DNA from: Candidatus Kaiserbacteria bacterium RIFCSPHIGHO2_01_FULL_53_29
GTDB taxonomy: Bacteria; Patescibacteriota; Minisyncoccia; Phycocordibacterales; UBA2100
Direction: 5' to 3'
Assembly (NCBI GenBank): GCA_001781125.1
Contig: MFKT01000007.1
Location: forward strand, 1 to 62,974
DNA length: 62,974 nt
The notes beneath the pieces were generated by a model. The model was given only the letters and a program-made list of their open reading frames with translations. It was not told where the DNA came from and ran no database searches. The position numbers and the translations under genes are program-made. Positions 17,448-25,074 of the stretch are shown piece by piece (the stretch's first letter is position 1; the number at the start of each line of letters is the position of its first letter).

Positions 17448-18800
17448 ATGTCTAATATTCGCGTCCGCTTTCCACCAAGCCCCACAGGGTTTTGCCATGT
17501 GGGCACCGCCCGCATGGCTGTCTTAAATTATCTCTTCGCCCGCAAACACGGAGGCACGATCGTATTCCGCAGCGAAGATACCGACAAAGAGCGCAGCTCT
17601 CCAGAATTTGAGGAAGACATCCTCGATAGTTTGAAATGGCTCGGTCTCTCGTGGGACGAGTTTTATCGACAGTCGGAACGGACAGAAATATATCGTGCGG
17701 CACTGCGTACACTTATCGATGAAGGGAAAGCTTACGTCTCTGAAGAAGAGAGCAAAAAAGAAGCCGGTGTAAAAGTCCGAATCATCCGTCTCAAGAATCC
17801 CGGAACAAAAATTACATTTACCGACATCATCCGCGGCGATATCACCTTCGACACGACCGAGCTCAAAGACTTCGCCATCGCGCGCTCCGATGTCGACCCG
17901 CTCTACCACCTCGCCGTCGTCGTGGACGATGCCGACATGAAAATTACGCACGTCATTCGGGGAGAAGACCATATCTCGAATACGCCACGCCAGATACTGA
18001 TACAAGAAGCGCTCGGATATCCCCGGCCTGTCTACGCACACTATCCGCTGCATCTCTCGGCCGACAGATCCAAACTCTCCAAGCGGACGGGGGACGTCGC
18101 GGTACGTTCTTATCGGGAAAAAGGATATTTGGGAGATGCGCTTCTTAATTACATCGCCGTATTGGGCTGGACACCGCCGTCGGAGCGTGAGATCCTCTCG
18201 CTCGACGAAATGATAGCGGAATTCGAACTCAAAGACCTTCATAAAAGCGGCGCTGTTTTTGATCTCGAAAAATTGCGCTGGTACAACCGCGAGTACCTGC
18301 TTCAAAAAACCGACGAAGAATTTGCTGTGTATGCGCTCCCGATACTCGAAGATGCCCTGAAAGAGCGCGGGGTTGCATGGGACAGTGCGATGGGACAAAA
18401 CATACTTCACATCATCCGTGAACGGATCAGCGTTGGCGATGACATTAAAAATTTTGCAGCAGAAGGGGAGTTTGATTTTTTCTTTGCCGATCCACTCCTT
18501 GACAGCACTCGTATCCCGCAAAAAGGCGTAGGCGCGACCGACACCACACGTCATTTGGAGGCAGTGAGACAACTCCTCGGCGACCTTGCAGAGAGCGCGT
18601 ACCGCGATGCAGAGACGATAAAAGGCGCGGTGTGGGACTATGCCACGGCAGAAGGCCGCGGCGCGGTCTTGTGGCCGCTTCGATACGCCCTCACGGGCAA
18701 GGATAAGAGTCCGGATCCCTTCGTCGTTGCACATATCATCGGTAAAGAGGTAACCCTGCGACGCATCGATTCGGCTCTGAAGAATTTAGCAAACGTATGA
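17448..18800 (+). CDS. gltX: Glutamate--tRNA ligase
   Basis: RFPPSPTGFCHVGTAR (HIGH region) and KLSKR (KMSKS region). Confidence 0.93.
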   Translation: MSNIRVRFPPSPTGFCHVGTARMAVLNYLFARKHGGTIVFRSEDTDKERSSPEFEEDILDSLKWLGLSWDEFYRQSERTEIYRAALRTLIDEGKAYVSEEESKKEAGVKVRIIRLKNPGTKITFTDIIRGDITFDTTELKDFAIARSDVDPLYHLAVVVDDADMKITHVIRGEDHISNTPRQILIQEALGYPRPVYAHYPLHLSADRSKLSKRTGDVAVRSYREKGYLGDALLNYIAVLGWTPPSEREILSLDEMIAEFELKDLHKSGAVFDLEKLRWYNREYLLQKTDEEFAVYALPILEDALKERGVAWDSAMGQNILHIIRERISVGDDIKNFAAEGEFDFFFADPLLDSTRIPQKGVGATDTTRHLEAVRQLLGDLAESAYRDAETIKGAVWDYATAEGRGAVLWPLRYALTGKDKSPDPFVVAHIIGKEVTLRRIDSALKNLANV

Positions 18801-20107
18801 ATAAGTTAGCGAGACTTACCGGCGTGCTTGTGGCTGTCGCGGTTCTGCCTTTAGCGTTGGCGCCGTATCTCTCGATGGCGCAAAGTGATATGAGCGTCTC
18901 CAATACAGCCGCGAGTATCCAGCGGGAGATCGATGACCACAACGCGCAAATAGCACAGCTCGACAAAGAGATCGCCCAATATCAGACACAGCTCGATGCC
19001 GTTTCAAGCAAGAAACAAACGCTTCAAAATACGCTCGCGCAACTTACTCTGACGGTAAAGAAGACAACTGCGTCTATCAATGCGACGAAGCAAAAAATTA
19101 GCGCCACACAGCTTGAGATCCAGCAGCTCTCCCAAGGGATCGCCGGAAAACAAGCATCCATAGATACCGGTCATGCGGGGCTCGGTGAATCCGTCCGCCG
19201 GCTCAATGAATCCGAAACGCAACCACTCGTTGTTCAGGTACTGTCATTAAAAAATCTCTCCGAAGTTTGGAACGATGTCGACGCCAGTCAATCATTGCAA
19301 ACGGCGATCAATACTCAGATAAATACGCTTGCAAGCGAGAAGCAATCTCTTTCGGACACGAAGAAAGCCACGGAAGACAAGCGCGCGCAACTTCTGAAAC
19401 AGCAAAATACACTCGTAGCGCAACAAGGATCGCTCAACGCGCAAAAAAAAGCACAGAGCGATCTCCTGGCACAGACAAAATCGCAGGAATCCACCTATCA
19501 GGCGATCCTTGCGCAAAAGAAAGCTCAGCAGGCGAGCATTGAGGCAGCGCTTTCCGACCTCAAGTCGCAATTTCAAAAAGCAGTCAATCCCTCTGAAATA
19601 ACCGCCGCCGGCAAGGGTGTTTTGCACTGGCCGCTCGACAATGTGCGGATCACGCAGTATTTCGGCAACACCCCATTCGCACAATCAGGAGCATATGCCG
19701 GCAAAGGGCACAACGGTATCGACCTCGCCGCCTCGATCGGCACTCCCCTCAAAGCCGCGCTCTCCGGAGAGGTCATCGGCACGGGCAATACGGATGCGGT
19801 ACGCGGATGCTATTCCTTCGGTAAATGGGTGATGATAAAACATGGCAATGGCCTCTCCACGATGTACGCGCACCTCTCACAAACAAGTGTATCGAAAGGT
19901 GCATCGGTCTCCACCGGCCAGATCATCGGCTACAGCGGAGAAACGGGTTATGCGACAGGTCCGCACTTGCATTTTGGAGTCTACGTATCATCGGCGACAC
20001 AGATCGTAACGCTCGGATCTGCAACAAATAAAACCACCCCGTGCTCCAGTGCCATTATGCCCATTACGCCGATTACAGGATACCTTAATCCGCTCAATTA
20101 TCTGTAA
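18797..20107 (+). CDS. Secreted coiled-coil M23 peptidoglycan endopeptidase (EnvC-like)
   Basis: Signal peptide and a long Gln-rich coiled coil. M23 motifs HNGIDLAA, MYAHLS and GPHLHFGVY. ATGA overlap with gltX. Confidence 0.85.
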   Translation: MNKLARLTGVLVAVAVLPLALAPYLSMAQSDMSVSNTAASIQREIDDHNAQIAQLDKEIAQYQTQLDAVSSKKQTLQNTLAQLTLTVKKTTASINATKQKISATQLEIQQLSQGIAGKQASIDTGHAGLGESVRRLNESETQPLVVQVLSLKNLSEVWNDVDASQSLQTAINTQINTLASEKQSLSDTKKATEDKRAQLLKQQNTLVAQQGSLNAQKKAQSDLLAQTKSQESTYQAILAQKKAQQASIEAALSDLKSQFQKAVNPSEITAAGKGVLHWPLDNVRITQYFGNTPFAQSGAYAGKGHNGIDLAASIGTPLKAALSGEVIGTGNTDAVRGCYSFGKWVMIKHGNGLSTMYAHLSQTSVSKGASVSTGQIIGYSGETGYATGPHLHFGVYVSSATQIVTLGSATNKTTPCSSAIMPITPITGYLNPLNYL

Positions 20108-20748
20108 CGCTTCCCGTCGCGCTTCCATTCGGTCGCATCAAGCGCATTGCGCTCGATGTGTGCAGCAGGTCGCAACCTACGCAGGTTTTTTCTCGGTGCG
20201 ATAGGGAAATGGCGGCTACGGTCGAGCGCCTCCACGAGCCAAAGAAGGTCTTCCTCTGCGCTCACCCACCTTTCAGGCGCAAACTTCGAGAGATCGAAGG
20301 GTATTGAATACGCTCGCAAGGACTTAGTGCCGTCTTTCCAAAGCACATACTCGTGGAAATACGACATGGCGAGTTCGCGCGGGGATTCATAGACAGGGTC
20401 TCGGTAACGCAGTATCGAATGATTGGTCTTGCTTATGGCGCCCCAGCGTCCGAATTGCCTGAAAAGGGCGACCACATGGTCCTCGTCGCTCGGCAAGGTC
20501 CGGAGGTCCATGAGAAGCGGCGGCTCTCCATGATACGCAAGCGCCGCCGCCGCCACAAGCGCACCTTCAAAGCAGTGCGCCGTTCTTCTTTTAACAGTGC
20601 GCCTCGGCGACATGTACGTCTCGCCGCGGATCTCAAAATTTATCGGAAGTCTATCCAAATAATCCTGTATCTTTTGTGGTGTCGTGAGCTTCTCAAAAAT
20701 TTTCCGCTCGGAAGGGGACAGGATCGATTTCACCTTATCCGAATACAT
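20098..20748 (-). CDS. Hypothetical protein, possibly transglutaminase-like cysteine peptidase fold
   Basis: 216 aa. AHCFEGALVAAAALA followed by DEDHVVALF resembles a Cys...His arrangement of the transglutaminase core. Weak, motif-level evidence only. Confidence 0.4.
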   Translation of the reverse strand: MYSDKVKSILSPSERKIFEKLTTPQKIQDYLDRLPINFEIRGETYMSPRRTVKRRTAHCFEGALVAAAALAYHGEPPLLMDLRTLPSDEDHVVALFRQFGRWGAISKTNHSILRYRDPVYESPRELAMSYFHEYVLWKDGTKSLRAYSIPFDLSKFAPERWVSAEEDLLWLVEALDRSRHFPIAPRKNLRRLRPAAHIERNALDATEWKRDGKRYR

Positions 20749-20770
20749 AATCGACTGGGATCAGCATGAT

Positions 20771-20852
20771 AAGTCTAGATAAGTCTAGCAGACAATTAAG
20801 AAAAAGACTGGGTGTTGGTTTCGGGGAAGCACGAAGTCTAGAAAAGTCTACA
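20771..20852. promoter_or_regulatory. Four direct copies of AAGTCTA(G/C) upstream of the 20098..20748 gene
   Basis: AAGTCTAG at 20771-20778 and 20781-20788 (10-bp spacing), GAAGTCTAG at 20833-20841, AAGTCTAC at 20845-20852. Confidence 0.4.
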
Positions 20853-21048
20853 GAAGGCTTTTTAACCTCGTATACGAGGCTAGGAGAGACGAGAGTAGCA
20901 GAGGCCGCGCTTTGGTGCGCGGGAATATCAGAGTCTGATCTGATGTCTTATTTAATTTACTAGGTCTACACGTCGCAAAACAAACATTGTGCGACGTCGG
21001 CATATATGAAGAAGTCGTATTACAACATCACACCACGAAGATGTAAAA

Positions 21049-21543
21049 TCACCATTTACCGGTCTCCCCTCGCACACCATCGCGATACGCTTCGATCCGC
21101 CGACGATTTGCCGGAGAAATTTCTTCAGGCAGAGTATCGATGTCAAACCAGCACCTCCCCATTATTTCTAAATTCGGTTTGAGAGCGAGAGAGCCTCCAA
21201 AATCTCCCGTGTAATAGACCGCTATCAGGTCCCCCCTACCCCACCTCCCCTGGTATCGTCCAATTTCGCCCGCGAGAGACTTTACGGTGAAGCCTGTTTC
21301 TTCACGCGCTTCTCGAATTGCCGCATCTTCTGGTTTTTCATTTTTTTGTACGCCGCCACCCGGAAGTGTCCACGCCCACGGCGCATACCAATGAGAGACC
21401 AATATGACCCGACGCTCCTGCACGAGGATAATACGCACACCTTGAATTGGGTTGGTAGAAAAGTCCGTCCAGTATCGTATCGCATGCACAACGCTAATGA
21501 TCGTGAGCGAGAGATACATTCCGAGACGTCGGATAATGCGCAT
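21049..21543 (-). CDS. NUDIX hydrolase
   Basis: Nudix box GGGVQKNEKPEDAAIREAREETGF. N-terminal hydrophobic segment. Confidence 0.85.
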   Translation of the reverse strand: MRIIRRLGMYLSLTIISVVHAIRYWTDFSTNPIQGVRIILVQERRVILVSHWYAPWAWTLPGGGVQKNEKPEDAAIREAREETGFTVKSLAGEIGRYQGRWGRGDLIAVYYTGDFGGSLALKPNLEIMGRCWFDIDTLPEEISPANRRRIEAYRDGVRGETGKW

Positions 21544-21548
21544 ACTGA

Positions 21549-22604
21549 TCAGGAATAGGTATAGAAGGAATCTTTGATGGTGGTCTTTCCTCGAGTTTGA
21601 GGATCAGGATACTGTTGCTCCCTTTCAATCACATCAATTATTTTCTCAACTACAGCTTTTTTCAAGTCGCGATAAGAATCGAGAACTTGTTTCATTTCCT
21701 CATCAGTAAAATCTCTGACGACCTGATCAATATTGAAGGTGTATGGCGGTTTTGGTTCATGCGGGTTGCCTGATGACCGATAATCCACTGAATTTGCTTG
21801 ATATTTGCCCAAAAGACCCTTCGATTGCAAAACGTGAGTGCATGCGATGTTTGCGAGCGGATAACCCTGCCCTCCGCGCTCGGAGAGAATGACTTGGAAC
21901 TCTTTGAGGATTTCCTCTGACGAAGCGGCTCTGTACGTAAAAGGCGCTCCGGTGCGTTGAATACTAGAATATGCAGAAGCAAATTCAGGACCCATGACGT
22001 CGTCGGCAACTAGCCTATTGAGTATCGGGTCTATCTCCGTCATGCTGCGCACCACGTGCCGGAAAGCATGCCGGCCATCGAGAGTGCCGCCATCTTTCGG
22101 ATCAACATATACTCCAAGAACATCTTCAATGAATTCCTTGCTCGATGTGTCGGATATAGGAGGGGGCCCCATAAGCAATAAATGCAGAGCTCGACCAGTT
22201 CTGCCGTTTCCGTCTTCAAAGGGGTGGATGCTTTGTAACGTCATGTATAAAAGGAGCCCGGCGTCATCTTCCCTCTTACTCAAAATGAGTCGCTGCATTG
22301 AATCATATGTTTTATGTAAAAGCTCGAGTCTATCTTCGATATTAGGGGCTACGAATATTGGGTCGAGGATAAAGTGCCCCACACCACCGGCGCCCTTTTT
22401 GAGCTCTTCCTTATCTATCGGACGCACGGACTTGCTTTGAACTGCATGATTGAGACCAATGAGTATGTCTAAAAAACTTTCGAACGTTGCACTTTTGACC
22501 CATGCTCGTAATTTCTCCGGGTCTGCAAGTTTTTCTCCGATATGGGTGTTAGCGAGTATGGATCCGATACGCTCTGAAGGTAGCAACTGCTTCTTCTCAA
22601 GCAT
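21549..22604 (-). CDS. Fic-domain protein (AMPylase family)
   Basis: Fic motif HPFEDGNGRTGRAL. ATG 22604 (MLEKKQLL) lies 1 nt downstream of the upstream gene's stop (22606-22608). Visibly AT-richer than neighbouring genes. Confidence 0.88.
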   Translation of the reverse strand: MLEKKQLLPSERIGSILANTHIGEKLADPEKLRAWVKSATFESFLDILIGLNHAVQSKSVRPIDKEELKKGAGGVGHFILDPIFVAPNIEDRLELLHKTYDSMQRLILSKREDDAGLLLYMTLQSIHPFEDGNGRTGRALHLLLMGPPPISDTSSKEFIEDVLGVYVDPKDGGTLDGRHAFRHVVRSMTEIDPILNRLVADDVMGPEFASAYSSIQRTGAPFTYRAASSEEILKEFQVILSERGGQGYPLANIACTHVLQSKGLLGKYQANSVDYRSSGNPHEPKPPYTFNIDQVVRDFTDEEMKQVLDSYRDLKKAVVEKIIDVIEREQQYPDPQTRGKTTIKDSFYTYS

Positions 22605-22605
22605 A

Positions 22606-23202
22606 TCAACTACGCGCCCACGGAATTTCGAATTGCATAAATTCGGGGAGCAATTTCCGCCCGTAGAGGAGGCGCGAGATGACCTCTGCATGCGAGAGCG
22701 CGCCGGTGAGCGCGTTGTGCGGGCTCGGCTCTTCGGGTATGCCGCAGTAATTGAGCACGGCGTCGAGATCGAGCGCGCTGCGGCGATGCTTCACCGGCGG
22801 CTGCAAGCCCTTTCCTATCATGTGCATGTAAGCGAGCGTGTGGGTATCAATGGTGCGATATGCAAAAGGCCATTCAGTATGCCCGGCGCGCTCGGCTGCT
22901 GCTTTGAGGAAGTCGCGGTCGAAGGATACATTTTGTCCGGCAAGCGTGCGTTCCTCCACGCTCTCGCTCCAATGGAGGAAGGCGTGTATGAGGTCGCCCT
23001 CGCTCTGTTTCTTCGGGTCGATAATCTGCTCTTTGGTAAATCCATTGACCGCAAGCGCCTCATCCATCACATGCGCGCCATCCCATATCCGACATTCTTC
23101 ATAAAAACGATTCGAGGGATTGGCAAAATCCAAGGCACCCAAGCTCACAATTGAGTGTTTCCACGGCTCTGTGCCAGATGCTTCGACGTCTACGACTAGC
23201 AT
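22606..23202 (-). CDS. DEDD-type 3'-5' exonuclease (DnaQ/epsilon-like)
   Basis: Exo I VVDVEASG, Exo II GQNVSFDRDFL, Exo III HNALTGALSHAE. The track start 23247 is TTG and lies inside the repeat; ATG 23202 sits 7 nt after the repeat arm. Confidence 0.72.
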   Translation of the reverse strand: MLVVDVEASGTEPWKHSIVSLGALDFANPSNRFYEECRIWDGAHVMDEALAVNGFTKEQIIDPKKQSEGDLIHAFLHWSESVEERTLAGQNVSFDRDFLKAAAERAGHTEWPFAYRTIDTHTLAYMHMIGKGLQPPVKHRRSALDLDAVLNYCGIPEEPSPHNALTGALSHAEVISRLLYGRKLLPEFMQFEIPWARS

Positions 23203-23209
23203 AGAAAAA

Positions 23210-23303
23210 GCCTGTAGCTTGTAGCCGGTAGCTTGTAGCAGAGACAATCCTTCATAGGCGACATTCTCTCATGGCTGCAGGCTACAAGCTACTGGCTTCA
23301 GGC
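23210..23303. repeat. Inverted pair of heptamer arrays (TAGCTTG/TAGCCGG family)
   Basis: Left arm gcctgtagcttgtagccggtagcttgtagc (23210-23239). Right arm gctgcaggctacaagctactggcttcaggc (23274-23303). The right arm contains the stop and last codons of the upstream gene. Confidence 0.7.
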
Positions 23304-23665
23304 TGTCCGAGTCCTTTGCAATTCTTTGCCGGCCGATAACCCGCCTTCTGTGCAGCGCCCTCGCTTGGGAACCACGCTTGATTGGTGGGAAGGATCTTCT
23401 GCGCACCAGTGCACCACGGATAGTAATAGACGCTGCCCGTCCTCGATGCCACAAAAAGACCTCCCATATACATCCCCTGCGGTTTCTGCTCGGAGGGAAC
23501 CTGTTCTATCGAAACAGGCGGACGCGCATCTTCAAGAGCCGATAATCTACCCAGTCCGAAGGAGCCAAGAGCAACGAGAAAAACAATGATTATAAGACCC
23601 CATTCCCCCACCGCATCTGCGACCCAGTTCTTGATTTCCTGCCTCATTTCCTGTATGCTCCTCAT
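23282..23665 (-). CDS. Membrane-anchored small protein with YYYPWC...AGYRPAKNC metal-binding-like C-terminal motif
   Basis: 127 aa with an N-terminal TM helix. The C-terminal pattern resembles the small Cys-containing 'sunset'/Ada-like domain; this is from memory, not from a search. Confidence 0.45.
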   Translation of the reverse strand: MRSIQEMRQEIKNWVADAVGEWGLIIIVFLVALGSFGLGRLSALEDARPPVSIEQVPSEQKPQGMYMGGLFVASRTGSVYYYPWCTGAQKILPTNQAWFPSEGAAQKAGYRPAKNCKGLGQPEASSL

Positions 23666-23678
23666 GTCCGTAATAATA

Positions 23679-23713
23679 CTAGAACCTAGTCCCTAGAAGC
23701 TAGCACCTAATTC
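23679..23713. repeat. Five tandem CTAGnnn heptamers abutting the rpmA start
   Basis: ctagaac ctagtcc ctagaag ctagcac ctaattc, then 1 nt, then ATG 23715. TAATAAT at 23671-23677 lies just upstream. Confidence 0.7.
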
Positions 23714-23714
23714 C

Positions 23715-23987
23715 ATGGCCCATACCAAAGCAGGAGGAACAGCGCACAACCTCACCGATTCAAATCCGAAGTATCTCGGCGTAAAGCGCGCGGACGGCCA
23801 GAAAGTCGGCGTGGGCGAAATAATCGTCCGACAGCGCGGCACGGCCATCATGGCAGGCAAAAATATCGGCGTTGGCGTAGACCATACCCTCTTTGCTCGC
23901 ACAGCAGGGACAGTGCATTTCCGCAGCAAACGAAAAGTTAACTTCGACGGGCGCAGAGTGGATCGCCGCGTCGTCGACGTCGTGTAA
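23715..23987 (+). CDS. rpmA: 50S ribosomal protein L27
   Basis: MAHTKAGGTAHNLTDSNPKYLGVKRADGQ...IVRQRGT is the canonical L27 sequence. Confidence 0.95.
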   Translation: MAHTKAGGTAHNLTDSNPKYLGVKRADGQKVGVGEIIVRQRGTAIMAGKNIGVGVDHTLFARTAGTVHFRSKRKVNFDGRRVDRRVVDVV

Positions 23988-24032
23988 GAGATTCAACAGG
24001 TTTGGTCCACAAGAGACTTGCAATTTCTGTAT

Positions 24033-24066
24033 ACACTAACTTTATGCTATAGCATAAAGTTAGTGT
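24033..24066. terminator. Perfect 34-nt palindrome between convergent rpmA and rplI
   Basis: ACACTAACTTTATGCTA|TAGCATAAAGTTAGTGT. No clear U-tract on either side, so a terminator function is only presumed. Confidence 0.4.
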
Positions 24067-24068
24067 AG

Positions 24069-24503
24069 TTAGAGTTGAGCAGTGACGTCAAGCGTAATCG
24101 TAGCTTCCGCGCCAGCCGCGGCAATTTTGACCACATACTCCCCTATTTCTTTGATGGGTTTGGTGAGTTGAATAGAATCTTCCGGAATTTCTTTTCCTAT
24201 TACTTTCTTAATGTCGGCCGCTGTGATCGACTTGAAAAGCCCGCCCTTTTCGGTCGCGCGCGCTTTTATCTCGATACGCTTGCCCTCAAGACTTTTTATA
24301 GTCGCAACAGTAGCCTGAGCCTCCTTCTCGCGCGCCTCCCCTTCCCTCTTCTGCATCGCTGTGTGTGCGGCAATTTTCTCCGGAGTCGCCTGCACCGCGA
24401 GCCCCCGCGCGATAAGGAAATTGAGCGCGTACCCATCCGCCACATCCTTGATAGTTCCATGCTGCCCCACCTTCGCCATGTCTTTGAGTAAAATGACTTT
24501 CAT
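24069..24503 (-). CDS. rplI: 50S ribosomal protein L9
   Basis: MKVILLKDMAKVGQHGTIKDVADGYALNFLIARGLA is the canonical L9 N-domain; 144 aa. Confidence 0.93.
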   Translation of the reverse strand: MKVILLKDMAKVGQHGTIKDVADGYALNFLIARGLAVQATPEKIAAHTAMQKREGEAREKEAQATVATIKSLEGKRIEIKARATEKGGLFKSITAADIKKVIGKEIPEDSIQLTKPIKEIGEYVVKIAAAGAEATITLDVTAQL

Positions 24504-24505
24504 AT

Positions 24506-24715
24506 CTATAGATGATCTGGTTTAAGTCCTGTGTGTTTTGCAATACGCGCAAGCATGCGCGGACCGATTTCCTCCCGATCGTGGAACGCAAACGTAACAT
24601 CTGGGCATCCCGGCTTCGCAAGAATCCTATGTGAACCTTTTTGTCGTTTGATATTCCACCCCAAGCGCAGAAGGGCTCTGAGAACTTGCGAGGCCTTAGC
24701 GGCCCGCCACTCCAT
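24506..24715 (-). CDS. hicA: HicA-family mRNA interferase toxin
   Basis: 69 aa: MEWRAAKASQVLRALLRLGWNIKRQKGSHRIL...GPRMLARIAKHTGL (YcfA/HicA pattern with GSH). The longer track ORF is an upstream extension. Confidence 0.8.
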   Translation of the reverse strand: MEWRAAKASQVLRALLRLGWNIKRQKGSHRILAKPGCPDVTFAFHDREEIGPRMLARIAKHTGLKPDHL

Positions 24716-24941
24716 ACCCGAAAAGACGAGAAACTGGCGTAAACAGATTTCCTTGCTCAACACTGTCGGCGAGCGTGCGAAGCGCCACGGCGTAGACACG
24801 CTGCAAGGCCTCACGCTTTGTTGCGCCATACGCCATAACGCCGGGAAGCTTGGGGACCTCGGCAATCCAGCGGCCGTCAACTTCACGGTCAAATTCGACC
24901 GCGAGCGATGATGTGGATATCTTGTTTCGTTTACCTTTCAT
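24696..24941 (-). CDS. hicB: HicB-like antitoxin
   Basis: 81 aa. DGRWIAEVPKLPGVMAYGATKREALQRV is a HicB/UPF0150 pattern. Overlaps hicA by 20 nt. TGTTATACT extended -10 lies 7 nt before the ATG. Confidence 0.72.
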   Translation of the reverse strand: MKGKRNKISTSSLAVEFDREVDGRWIAEVPKLPGVMAYGATKREALQRVYAVALRTLADSVEQGNLFTPVSRLFGYGVAGR

Positions 24942-25029
24942 GTCGCCTAGTATAACACATCACGCTTTTATTCCATACTCCCGTTTTACTTACTGCGTAG
25001 CAGTTAGAAAAACGCAGTCCCCCTGCGGG

Positions 25030-25072
25030 GCTGCCCCACCTTCGCCACGTCTTTGAGCAGAATGACCTTCAT
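25030..25072 (-). pseudogene. rplI: Duplicated 5' fragment of rplI (first 14 codons)
   Basis: 43 nt with 39/43 identity to 24461-24503. Encodes MKVILLKDVAKVGQ and then runs into a stop at 25004-25006. Lies 2 nt after the ctpA-like stop, the same spacing the real rplI now has after hicA. Confidence 0.8.
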
Positions 25073-25074
25073 GC

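Noticed and set aside
17523-18734. A 403-aa ORF on the minus strand.
   Set aside because: It lies entirely antisense to the well-supported gltX gene. Its translation is Arg/Phe/Cys-rich with no motifs. It is a typical shadow ORF of a GC-biased coding region.
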